Shown here in pieces: positions 1-11,531 of a DNA stretch of 64,000 nucleotides (its first letter is position 1; each line of letters starts with the position of its first letter). The notes below the pieces were generated by a model. The model saw only the letters and a list, made by a program, of their open reading frames with translations. It was not told the origin of the DNA and did no database searches. The position numbers were made by a program, and so were the translations under genes. Source of the stretch: Octopus vulgaris. Its lineage: Eukaryota. The DNA lies in NCBI GenBank assembly GCA_951406725.2, contig OX597825.1, positions 39,432,001 to 39,496,000 on the forward strand. Reading direction: 5' to 3'.

Positions 1-33
1 TATATATATATATATATCGCCACTTCATCCTAC

Positions 34-380
34 GTGGATATTCCCTCCCAACTATCCATACCGCCCTTGCCAGAGCACGTTCTGTGGACCGTGCATCTTC
101 ACATCACCGATTCCTTTACCTGCACTTCTACCAATATCATCTATTGCATCTCCTGCTCTCTCTGCCATTCTCTGTACATCGGACAAACGGGTCGCCGCTT
201 GACTGATCGTGGAACACCTCCGAGACATCCGCCTCGATAATGACACCCCTGTCTCACGCCATTTTCGTTCTACCGGTCGCTCTTTGCAACACCTGTCCGT
301 GATCGGATTGTCCTTGTACAGAGGCCGTCCAGACTCCCGTTTGCGCCGTGAACAGGGATTCATCTTCACTATTCGCTCCT
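34..380 (+). mobile_element. Penelope-like element remnant: frameshifted GIY-YIG endonuclease (C-terminal part of the PLE ORF)
   Basis: ORF 34..240 reads FTCTSTNIIYCISCSLCHSLYIGQTGRRLTDR and continues after a frameshift into EHLRDIRLDNDTPVSRHF...RLRREQGFIFTI. This is the CxSxNxIYCIxC-YIGQT-EH pattern of Penelope GIY-YIG domains. Confidence 0.88.
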
Positions 381-1531
381 CTTCCTCTAGCCTCCTCCAC
401 TTGCCTCTCTCTTCCCCCCTCCTACTTCCTCCCACCCACCTCTCCTTTCGTACTCCGACTCCTACATCTCTTCACTGCAACGTCTCTTCACCCTTACTCT
501 CTTTCTCTCTTCTCTCTTACCTTCTTTCTCTCTCTTCTCTCATACCCACCTTCCTCTTCCCTCCTTCATCGTTAACTCTCCCCCATAAGCCCACCCCACC
601 CCTAAACATTCTTACTCCACCTTCCCTATCCTTCCTATACATAAATATATATGTACGTGTGTATGTGCGTGTAAATATATATGCATGTATATTTAGTAAT
701 GCGCACAAAATATTAACATATGGAAATGTGAATTGGAATGCAGTAAAAATTATAATTACATATGTGTATTACATACAATATTGTATAAAACTGCTATCAA
801 ACATATGCTTAGATACAATTTGAAATAGTTATTTCATTTCAATTCCAAATTGAATATAAATTATATTTACTACAACTGATGTTTATAATGTATGACCAAT
901 AAAATTTGTATGAAATACACAACGTCATTTTTCAATTCTGTTTCTATAATTGCTTTATGAAGTTATATTTAGCACTAAAGGAATGGAACGTGCAATCGTG
1001 CAAATGAGTATATAATCCCCATCCACCAAAACAATTATTTGCTAGTAAATTGTAGGTTTTTTTCAAACATTTTCTAGTTTACACGCATTTATTTTTGAAG
1101 TAGATAATGTAGTATATACGAGTAATGGGATAAATTTATTACGAGAGATGACCCAAGGTCTATGAAAAGATTGATAATTTATTTATTAAGTCTTGCTACT
1201 TTTCTTCGCGTTTAGTGTTCGCATTTTAGGTCTAGTTGGATAATATCATAAGGAACTACTAGATAAGAATTTCTATATTTCTTTAATGAAGGTCCACTAG
1301 TATTCAGAATGATATATCATTTAGTCTTTGGTAAAACGCATATACGCAACCTATTAATTAGCAAGTGTAATGCTAAAGATAACGCTGACAAACATGTATG
1401 AATTTGTCATGAAAATCTCATGGGAAGGAAATTCTTATAGTCATAGTTTAAATTACCTGACAAAATTCTTCTTACATATTTCATTTCGTTTACATATTTC
1501 TCTTCGAGAGGAAAGTTACTAACTTATTGTC

Positions 1532-1885
1532 TATGTCTCTGAAACCGACGCAAAATAATATATTAATCTACTACTCGCAATAAAAGTTTTAAGGCTAAAA
1601 AACAAAAAAAAGAAATTTGATTAATAAACAACCGACTTATCATCCAAGCCACTACCTTAAAGAAACGATCGATTAGTCAGGTAGATACTCAACCGATTGT
1701 CAAATAATAAAGAAGTGGAATTGAACTTGTGCATGTGTTAAATTTATTGGGGTAATGATTCACCTAAGACACAACAAAATTGAAGCGATTTTAACATTGA
1801 AATAGAATACAATGTGTATGTCTCTGACACTGACGCAAAATGATACATTAATCTAATACTTGCCATAAATGTTTTAAGGTTAAAA
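1532..1885 (+). repeat. Diverged direct repeat pair of ~69 bp (1532-1600 and 1817-1885)
   Basis: tatgtctctgaaaccgacgcaaaataatatattaatcta...gttttaaggctaaaa versus tatgtctctgacactgacgcaaaatgatacattaatcta...gttttaaggttaaaa; 285 bp apart. Confidence 0.8.
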
Positions 1886-2616
1886 GAAATTAACATTCAC
1901 AATTAATTAGTTTTTCATAATTAAACCGATCTTTATGTTATAATTGTTGTTTTGCTGAGCTCATCCAGTTGGATACATTCCAAATTATATTGGCATACGT
2001 TGGAAGATTACGACCATAAAATAAGTGCAGGCTTTCTGAAATTAGGGAAAACGCTTGCTAGTTGTTTACATAGTATTTCGCAAGATATTTATTGTTACTG
2101 CTTCTAATATATGCGATAAGGAAGATAATAAAGATATATAAGTACATTGCACATATTTCACTTCATGTAATTACTTCAGCAGTAAATTGTGCCAAATATA
2201 ACGTCAATCTTTTCCAAACATTTAAAATCATTTTTCTTTTATTGGCTAAATTCGCAACTAGAATCAAAAGGTTACAGATATTTTCTTAAAATCACATGCC
2301 CTATTAATTGAATGTTGAATACATTGAACTAAATTATGGTGCAAGTTGGAGAGTTCATATTATTGAAGGTGGAGGAAATGAAAATTAAAGCCATAGTAAT
2401 AAATCTGATGAAAATTCTAGGGGTGAATGTGGCTCATATTTGAAAATCTATTAATCGTTGTTATCTCTTGCTACGCATTCAACTATTTTACTCTCAGATA
2501 AAATTCTGCCACCCATCAAACACTATCTCATTTGTTACGCGAAACATGTTTCTACAAGTTTCATGCTATTATGAACTGGGACTTTTATTTAGATTTCAAT
2601 ATGATTAAATCAATAT

Positions 2617-2790
2617 ACGCGCAGGCATGGCTCTCTGTTAAGATATTTCCTTTCCAGCCGGATGGTTTCGGGGTCAGCCCCGTTGCATAGCAAACTGGAT
2701 AGGTCTTTGCATCTATAGTCTCGGTTCGACCAAAGCTTTGTGAGTGGATTTGGTAGACGGAAACTAAAGGAAGCGCCCCGTGTGTATACC
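2617..2790 (+). mobile_element. SINE family A, 5' part (tRNA-like head plus body), degenerate
   Basis: Shares ccaaagc(c/t)ttgtgagtggatttggtagacggaaact with copies at ~61020 (+) and 56945-57103 (-); followed by a CA/TA-rich tract. Confidence 0.8.
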
Positions 2791-4014
2791 CACACAAACA
2801 TATATATAAGAGGGCGAAACTAAAAGGACTATCCGGATTCCGAATGATGAGGAAATCGGCTGCAAATGATACGTGTATTTTGTTTTTGTGCCGTTTGCCG
2901 TTTGTCGTGCTTTCGTCTATTTTTCCGCATGTTGTGTTTTGTTGATTTCCGTTTGTTATGTTTTTTCTGTTTTACCTTTGATTTATGTGTGCGTATCTAT
3001 GTGTGTGGTGGGGTGGGGAGAAAAGGTCAACGTAGGTAAAAATATAGAACTTGCTTTTCAAAATGCACCTGAATTTGAAAAACTTGTAGTTATAAATTCT
3101 TATTTACATTCATACCGAACTAGTTTCAACAATTTTCTTTTTAACAATGGGTATAAATGTATACGAAACAATGGGATTTTAACAGAATTTAAAATTAAGA
3201 AATCGAAAACATGTTTATAGGATCAAATCTTCACAAAATTCAATGCCAGATGTAATAATTTCAAAAATGATCAGCGAAGAATATAAAAAATGCGGATTAC
3301 TAAAAGTTCGGTCATACTGAGTTATTATACAATACGTGGACCAGAGGCAGAAAGAAGAAAAGAAGAAAGTAAAAACAAAGTTTATTTGTTTACAGTTTCT
3401 TCCGTCTTGCGTGTAGTTCTTTTTTTTTTTTCATCGCATACAGTGCTTTTCGCTTTTAACGGAGTGTTTTGGAATCAGAGAATACCTTGTGTGTGTGTAT
3501 ACATATAAAAATATCTAACGTTATAATTATGATAGCGTTTTATTCTTTCTGTTTGATGTCTTTGATAGGAAACCGATTTTGTTTTGGCGTGGTTGGCTGG
3601 CTGGTTTTCTACTACCAATATCTTTATTGGAATATGTTTTGATTGGTAGTAGGTTTTGTGATGTCACTTTATTTTGATAAAGGACCTGCATTTTATTCTG
3701 GTCAAGTTTGGCGTTCTGCTTGGTTGACTTCCCTGTAGGAAATGGTCATCAACTGTTCCGGTTGGTTGATTTCCTTAAGGAGTCAGTTTGCTCTTCTCCC
3801 GGGGGCACGATTCTGACCGGAGGTAAATTTCATTGGCATGGTGAGAAGTGACGTCATCAATTAGTGTTTGAGAAGGTGCATGGTGTTATTGTATAGTTAT
3901 TTGGAGTTGAAGTTACGAAAGCCACGAGGAACACTAGTCTAAATGTTTTGAATTGTCAGTTGTATCCGGTTGTTGTTTTTTTTTTGAGATTTTTCTTCTT
4001 TCTAGTGTGTTATT

Positions 4015-4205
4015 AAAGAATATTTAGTTGCAATTAATATTTCTTAATTAGCATGATTTTCTTATTAAATTGAAATTTGGCTACAGTGTTGCGCGGCCTT
4101 GATAAATAGTGAAGATTTGGTATTCAGCCTTTATATCTGCGAGGCGTTGACCAAGGTGTTTGCTTACGGGAATTTTCCTGGTCGTGGATAGAAAGACCTC
4201 CCCCA
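4015..4205 (-). mobile_element. Penelope-like GIY-YIG C-terminal remnant (decayed)
   Basis: Minus strand gives RKIPVSKHLGQRLADIKAEYQIFTIYQ and then ...NKKIMLIKKY*LQLN, resembling the PVSKH...FxIxP...RxxKExxFIxxxxPxLN end of PLE endonucleases. Confidence 0.5.
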
Positions 4206-4228
4206 TATATATGCGCGCCCGTGTGTGT

Positions 4229-4298
4229 AACAATAATAATAATAATAACAACAACAACAACAACAACAATAATAATAATAATAACAACAACAACAATC

Positions 4299-4330
<32 letters not shown>

Positions 4331-4359
4331 TGATAATAATACTAATAATAATAATAATA
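4229..4359. repeat. (AAT)n/(AAC)n microsatellite
   Basis: Directly visible. Confidence 0.97.
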
Positions 4360-4627
4360 CATGATGCAGTACCACTGTCCTGATGCAGTGCCAATGCCCT
4401 AATGCAGTATCAAGTTGTTACTCACATGGTTTCTCTTCTTAACTGATTGGAAGTGTTACCACGTGCATTATTTTGTCTTGGTATAAAAGATGGGCTACAG
4501 CAAACATTCTGCTCCATACGATAGATTCAATTGTCAGCTGCTTGACCTTAACCAGTTGAGCATGTCCCCTATTGACTGATGTTATGTGCATCTCTGATCA
4601 CGAGAAGTCGTAGTAGGGTAGCATCAA
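4360..4627 (+). mobile_element. Partial copy of the ~550-bp TAA-flanked non-coding element (opposite orientation to the copies at 14 and 36 kb)
   Basis: aatgccctaatgcagta...cttaactgattggaagtgtt...gtcttggtataaaagatgggctacagcaaa is the reverse complement of ~14280-14513 and ~36165-36398. It follows (TAA)n directly. Confidence 0.88.
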
Positions 4628-4793
4628 GGGACTCCTTTCAAAATTTTGTGTTGCATCCATTTTGCAATCTGGGTCCCACCAGGTATATCCATTAAAAACA
4701 GGATCTTTATCGAGACACAACTTTATGTATGCATGTAACTGATGAGACGTAGATTGCAAAATGGATGCAACACAACATATTCAACAGAATCCC
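4628..4793. mobile_element. Small fold-back, MITE-like element (~166 bp)
   Basis: Perfect 25-bp inverted repeat 4646-4670 / 4751-4775 (ttgtgttgcatccattttgcaatct), extended by imperfect outer arms gggactcctttc... / ...acagaatccc. Confidence 0.7.
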
Positions 4794-4894
4794 ACCCATA
4801 AGTGACAGTAGCTGGATGGGTCGAAACAACCGCCGTACAAAACAACAATTAATACCAAATTCATCTTTTGGTTACTTGAGGAATTATTATTATT

Positions 4895-6425
4895 TGTTTT
4901 TCTTCTTTTAAATTTGCTTCCATTTCTTGCCGAGTGTCTTCCCGACTCCTAGGGCAAAGAAACTTATAGTATACATTGGTAGGCCATTAAACCAAACTCA
5001 ATAGTTCTTTCATTTAAAATTTTTTTTTTTTTAAATTAAAATACATGAGAAGCAACAGTTCTCACATCGACAATGCTCTTCTCAATACGTGTGATGTACC
5101 AGTTAAGACAATCTTTTGCACTTCTTGCAGGGATGGTAAGCCAGGGATCATTCTCATATAATTTTCGGTTCGCTTCTTGATCATTCCTAGTGCTCCTACG
5201 ATCACTGGTATTGTAACCGCCTTGAGATGCCACATTTTCTCAATTTCAATGAGTAGGTCTTTATATTTTCTGAGCTTGTCAAACTCTTTCGCTGAGATAT
5301 TATAATCACAGGGGATGCTCATGTCGATCAATAAGCAGAATTTATTGTTTTGGTCTTTCACAACAATATCTGGTTTATTGGCCTTGATGGTTCGGTCTGT
5401 ATGTACTGGAAAGTCCCACATAATCGTTACACTTTCTCCTTCAGTTACAGCCTCAGGGTGTTGATATTGTAATGCCGACTTATTAGCCAGTGTAGATATT
5501 GGCCAACTCTGTCATGTCTTAATTTATACTCCACTGGTGCTAAGACTTTACATCCAGAGATTAGGTGGTCCACTGTTTCAATCATGTCGTTGCAGAATCG
5601 GCATTTTGGGTCTGCTCCATTTTTCATCACATTGGCCTGGTAGTTCCGGGTTAATAGGCTTTGATCTTGAGCAGCCAGGATGAAACCTTCGCTCTCTGCT
5701 TTTATCTCTGAGCTCCGTAGCCACTGATGGATTTGCTTCTGGTCAACATCAGCTTGTTTGCTGCGGCCACATATTTGCCGTGCAGAGGTTTCTCCTCCTA
5801 CCTATTGCTCGTGCGCTTTTTTCGTTGTCATTATTTTTACCTTTTTTTTGCAACAATAGTTGCCATACTTCCCGCGGGTTGTTCAGTCTGGGTATCCTGC
5901 ACGAGATCAATAACAAATTTGTTGCTTTCCTTTATGATAGAATGAAGCTTCTTTCGTCTCTCGTGATTTTCCACGAGCTTTAAGCATCCAGTCATTCGTT
6001 ATTTCGAGATATTTGGCCAGTCCAATTGTGGTTGTTTTGTAAGCTAGTTCAAATTGGATCAGGCCTCGACCTCCTTGGGCTCTGGGAAGGTAAAGGCGAT
6101 CTACGTCTGCCTTTGGGTGGTGCATCCTATTACAACTCAGCAGCTTGCGTATTTTCATATCTATATTCTTTACTTCACTCATATTTCAGTTCAACACATT
6201 GTAGCTATAAGTAACAACTTGAACTGGTAAGGAATTTATAGCTAACACCTTGTTACGTGCATTAAGTTCAGATTTCAGGACTGCACAAACTCTCCTATAA
6301 CATTCCTTCCTGATCTTCTCTTTCATGCTTGCATGCTGAATACCAGAGCCTTCATTTATCCCTAAATATTTGTATGTTTGTTCTTGCTCAAGCTCTCTTA
6401 TGACTGTGTCAACATCTAACACGAC
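4895..6425 (-). mobile_element. R4/Dong-like RLE non-LTR retrotransposon copy 1, 5'-truncated and frameshifted
   Basis: Fragments YKYLGINE, HHPKADVDRLYLPR..GGRGL, CRFCNDMIETVDHLISGC (CCHC), RHD and KPDIVV...LIDMSIP...KYKDL (RLE). Flanked by (ATT)n at 4883-4894 and 6426-6578. Confidence 0.93.
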
Positions 6426-6578
<153 letters not shown>

Positions 6579-6733
6579 TGTCATTTACTTTTAATCTGCA
6601 TGTTTGATGCAATCACCTGTCGGGGCACACCCAGCTCCCTAGGGCAAGTGAAGGTTAAGAGTTGTTAAAATATAGCTGAAAGCTTGGGGAGGGGAAGTAG
6701 AGATATATATCCATGTAATGCAAACACAAACAT

Positions 6734-9700
6734 TTACCTTGATATGGTTTTTCTAAGGATGTGGGCAGTACTTGTTAGCACAATCTTTTGGATTTCCTTG
6801 AGACATGGTTTTCCAGGGATATTGTCTAGGTGTTTCTGACATCCCTTTTTTATCATACCTAGGGCACCTACAATAACAGGAACAGTTTTTGTTTTAAGAT
6901 TCCACATCTTCTGTATTTCGATTTCCAGGTCCTTATATTTACTAAGTTTGTCAAATTCCTTGACAGATACATTTTTATCAGTGGGGACGCTTACTTCTAT
7001 TAGTCTGCAGGTATTTTCTTCCCTGTCTTTAACACTTATGTCTGGTCGATTAGCCTTGATCGTTCTGTCAGTGTTGACTGGAATATCCCAGAGGATGGTG
7101 ACATCTTTACCTTCAACAACTGGCTGAGGATGGTGTTCATACCAGTTAGCAGGAGTGTCGGATTTGTAGTGTTTACATATCTTCCAATGTATATACTGTC
7201 CTACCCTATCGTGGCGATTTTTGTATTCGTTTGGTGTCAGCACAGGACATCCCGAAACGAGATCGTCTATCGTTTCGTCAAATGTGTCGCAGAATCTGCA
7301 TTTAGGGTCAGTACCGTTTCGGAGAACGTTAGCCTGGTAATTTCTGGTAAACAAGCTTTGATCTTGTGCTGCCATTATGAAACCTTCAGTCTCTGCTTTC
7401 AATCCAGAGCTCTTCAGCCACTGATGGGTTGTTGCTTGGTCTACATGAGCATTTTGGCTTCGGAGAATATATTGTCCATGCAGGGGCTTCTGGCTCCACC
7501 GCCTCTCAATTTGATTCTGCCCGTTCTTTTTTGCAGTCTGCTTGATTCGCTTTGCTTGCTTGGTAGCAGTGGTTTCCGGCTCTTCATCTGATTCAAGGTT
7601 AATGTCTAGTTCCCTTTCGAACTTATAAGCTTCCTTGACAATAGAATACAGCTTTTTGCTGCTTTCGTGTTCGCACACAAGTTGCAGCATCCAGTCCTTT
7701 GTACTAGATAGGTACCTGTTCATTCCTACAGTAGAGGTCTTATAGAACAGCTCTAATTGCATCATTCCTCTCCACCCGCTGCTTCTAGGTAGGTACAAGC
7801 GGTCTACATCTGCCTTAGGGTGGTGCATGCTCTTGGATGTCAGTAACTTTCTTGTCTTCCTGTCCAAGCGTTGGGGTTCCGTAAGGTTCCAGTTAATGAT
7901 GTTAAAACTGTACTGGACTACTGGAAGTGCCAGGGTGTTAATGGCCTCATTGCAATTTTTGGAGTTGAGTTCAATCTTCAGTACAAGCCTTATTATCCTA
8001 TAGTATTTCTTTCTTATTTTTTCCTTCATAGTAGCATGATGTATACCATCTCCTTCGTTGATTCCTAGGTATTTGTAACTTTCCTGTGGGTCAAGTTCCT
8101 TGATGGTAGTGTCAATATCTAATTTAACAGAAGCTGTTTGCCTGAGCTTGCCTCTTACAAAAGTTGCTTTAGCACACTTATCAAGACCAAAATCCATTCC
8201 GATATCATTGCTAAAATCTTTAACAGTTGTTAGCAGTCCTTCTAGCTCTTGGTCATTCCTGGCAAACAGCTTTAGGTCGTCCATATAGAAAAGGTGGTTT
8301 ATTAACTTACTAAAAACTTTGTACCCATACCTGGTACTATCCAATTCGTTTGAGAGTGGGATCAGTGCCATGCAAAAAAGTAATGGAGAGAGGGAGTCAC
8401 CTTGAAAGATGCCTCGTTTGATGTTAATGCTGTTGGACTGGCTCATCCCATTACTATGGCTTAGAAAGAGACGTGTGTTCCACATGGTCATGCTATTCTC
8501 TAAGAATTTTGAGACGACAGGAGAGATCTTGTATATCTCAAGGGCCTTGAGTATCCATTTATGTGGGACACTGTCATACGCTTTCCTGTAGTCTATCCAT
8601 GCCATACTCAGATTTTTGTTTTTGCTCCGGCAATTCTCTACAATAATTCTGTTTATGAGCAATTGGTCTTTGCACCCATAAGAGTTTCTTTTACAACCTT
8701 TTTGAGCTTGTGGAAGGATATAATTTTGTTCAAGGAAAGCGTACATTCTCTCCGTTATAATGGATGTGAGGATTTTGTAGGTGGTGTTGAGACATGTTAT
8801 TGGCCGGTAATTCTTTGGGTTTCTTGTGTCTTCGGTTTTAGGTAATAGGTAGGTAGTTCCTTCAGTCAGCCAAGCAGGTATTTGCTCTGGGTTCTGAATG
8901 ACATCAGACAGAGATGCAGCGAGATGTTCGTGTACCTCTGTCAAACAATTCAGCCAGAAGTTAGGGATCCGATCCAGTCCTGGGGTTTTCCATTTATGAG
9001 CCTTCCTAAGGACACACCTTAGCTCCTCTATTCCTATTGCTTCCCATTTCTGTTCTTCAAGTTTATCCAGTCTCTCTTTCTCACGTTCTATCCAGTCAGC
9101 CTCAGCATTAAACTCTTTTTCGTTGCTCCATACCTTCTTCCAGAACTCCTCCACTTCCTCAATCTTAGGTGGATCTTCTATGTGTATTTTATTTTTGCCA
9201 ATTTATGAGCCTTCCTAAGGACACACCTTAGCTCCTCTATTCCTATTGCTTCTCATTTCTGTTCTTCAAGTTCATCCAGTCTCTCTTTCTCACGTTCTAT
9301 CCAGTCAGCCTCAGCATTAAACTCTTTTTCGTTGCTCCATACCTTCTTCCAGAACTCCTCCACTTCCTCAATCTTAGGTGGATCTTCTATGTGTATTTTA
9401 TTTTTGCCAATTTCCCTATAAATTTTCTTTGCATCTGTCTTAAAAAATTTATTTTGTCGATAAAATTTGTTTCTTTTGTCATACCTTCTAAGCCGTTGAG
9501 CTTTCAACTGTATCCGTTGTTTCAACAGTTCCTTAGTTGCAGGGAGTTTTATGAGATCTTTGATTTTATATTTTTGCTTGATTTTTCTAGCTTTTCTCGG
9601 CTTAATATTCACTCCTCTAGCAAGCTCATCGAGAACTGAAACATCCGTCCGCAGAGATTCAATCTCTTTTTGTATCGCTACTTTCCACTTAGGAGGTTCA

Positions 9701-10593
9701 TTGACATGCCTGGCCTTTTTCTTTGTCATCTTAATACCTAGTTGGGTAGTTACTACTTTAGCAGTGGAATAAATGAGATTATTTAAGGTTGTCAAATCAT
9801 TCCCCTTATTTCTTAAGATCTGTCCTAGGGCAACGTTATATGTCATGATTGTGTTGTTATTTCTTGTGCCATTTGAAAACTTTGGTAGTGGTTCTCTATT
9901 AACCATGTCAGTGAGCTCAATCTTGCCGAGTTCTCTCATAATGTCCACTTTTGCTTCCATAATCTTTTCTCTATTATTCACCTCAAATTCTATGTCATAT
10001 CTATTTTGGTTTTCTTGAGGAAGGTCTACGTTCTCCTCTTTTTTCAAATCTCTCGTCTTCGCTATTCTTTGTTTAACTTCCCCATTGGGAAGTTGATTTG
10101 CCGCTTGTACACTGGTTTCTGTGCTACTGTTACCTATTTCGTCTACATTGTTGTTGTTTTCTTTTGGTCTACCATGAGCTATTAGTGTCCTAATTTTGTC
10201 AATTTCAGCGTCAGTTAGTCTTTTGTTTTTAATTATATCTCTGCGTACATTACTTAATTTATTTGCGTCTATATATCTACGTACGTCATTGCCTACTGAA
10301 TTTCTCCATGAGATGTATGTTTGTACACTGAGGTTATTGTCTGGGTTTAGTTGGGCTGTATAAAAAGCTTTCAACACATCTCTATAGTCCTCTCTGGTCC
10401 ATTTTATACGTTTTGCTTTAGGTGGTGTTTTTAGTGGTGTCACTACAAGTCCAGAGTTAGAAGTATTCTGGTTCTGGTCACCTGGTAGATCGTCTTTTGC
10501 GAATTTGTTCCAGCAGCACACTTTTCGACCCCAGTCTGGTTCCCTACTGGGTAACGCGGTTCTTGTTGTCCCGGACGATGACCGATCCGGCAT
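6734..10593 (-). pseudogene. RT-RLE polyprotein of copy 2, split into ORFs 9253..10593 and 6734..9154 by a 209-bp tandem duplication
   Basis: KRIKWTREDYRDVLKAFY (Myb-like); WKTPGLD, NYRPITCL, QKGCK, WIDYRKAYDSVPH, GIFQGDSLSP and YMDD (RT); CRFC...DDLVSGC; RHD; RPDI...LIEVSVP...KYKDL (RLE). Removing 209 bp gives 3651 nt, i.e. 1216 aa plus stop. Confidence 0.93.
8992..9409. repeat. 209-bp tandem duplication (8992-9200 / 9201-9409)
   Basis: The units differ at two positions by eye; attt microhomology at the junctions. Confidence 0.97.
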
Positions 10594-10642
10594 GATTTTT
10601 GGCTTGTTTTCATTAAATGATTGACGGCGACATCAGAGGGGT

Positions 10643-10722
10643 ACATGTATGCACAAACAGTTGCATGTATACTTTACAATTAAAATGTCTACGTGTATGC
10701 ATAAACAGTTGCATGTATACTT
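10643..10722. repeat. Two copies of a ~33-bp motif at the 5' edge of Dong-like copy 2
   Basis: tacatgtatgcacaaacagttgcatgtatactt and tacgtgtatgcataaacagttgcatgtatactt, followed by (TTAA)n. Confidence 0.85.
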
Positions 10723-10953
10723 ATTTAATTAATTAATTAATTAATCACTTTATGTACTTACTGTCTTTCAAGAGCTCTGATGTTCGCTTCTATTTCTTAT
10801 GCATGTCACATGGAAATATTATGCATAAAAGAAAGAAAACTATACTATATATGGCAATAATAGTTCGGACTTTTTAGTTACTTTGCCTTAAAAGAACATT
10901 TGGAAAAGATATTTTGTGGAACATTTCTTCCATTGCAACGGTGTTGTTGGATT

Positions 10954-11531
10954 TGAAACGACTTAGTGTGAATATCTTCTCTGGACCTTTTGGGGGTGCG
11001 AGAAGCAAATCACTATCCGTTGCTTTAATATCCAGAATTCTACCCGTCAGAAACAAACAAGACGCAAACGTAAATAATATATATCTACTTTATTCTCTTA
11101 TGTGGTAACAGATAATTGGTGTATCTGGCATCACTTTGGTGTCTCAGCTGAACCTTATCGCTGTAAAATAAGAAAGTGTTCAAATGCAAAACGACACTTG
11201 TCAAAGATGGCGTCCGTTGAAAGGAAGATGATGTAGTCTGCAACAATTTGGTTAAAAGCTTCAGCCGACTGCTATCAAATACGGACAGAGAGAATATACG
11301 TGTTGTACCTTCGATAGCCATGTCTCAAGTCGCTGCTGACTGCTGCTAGTGGTCAAATGTTCTACGATCCCCTTGCCTCGGCTAACTGCCACGAGGCAAA
11401 AGGGTTCATCTTCAGGTGCTTCGCTCATGCGCGAGAGGGCCCCTTCCTCTCTGTGCCTTGGTGAAGGCACCAACACGCGCGAAATAGAAAATGGACGGTG
11501 CGCGCGCGCGCCGCTGTATAGCGTCACTACA
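10954..11531 (-). repeat. 3' LTR
   Basis: About 96-97% identical to 13000-13583 by hand count; AATAAA on the minus strand at ~11089-11094. Confidence 0.93.

Larger units (their letters stand above)
6579..10650 (-). mobile_element. R4/Dong-like RLE non-LTR retrotransposon copy 2, near full length
   Basis: Single-ORF architecture: N-terminal Myb-like motif, RT, CCHC and RLE. The 3' UTR (6579-6733) runs into (TAA)n. The 5' boundary is approximate. Confidence 0.95.

Noticed and set aside
10500-10646. HDV-like ribozyme at the 5' end of Dong-like copy 2 (cgg-tcatcgt-ccg resembles P3/L3)
   Set aside because: I could not find matching P1 and P2 pairings; only a simple ccgga/tccgg hairpin is supported.
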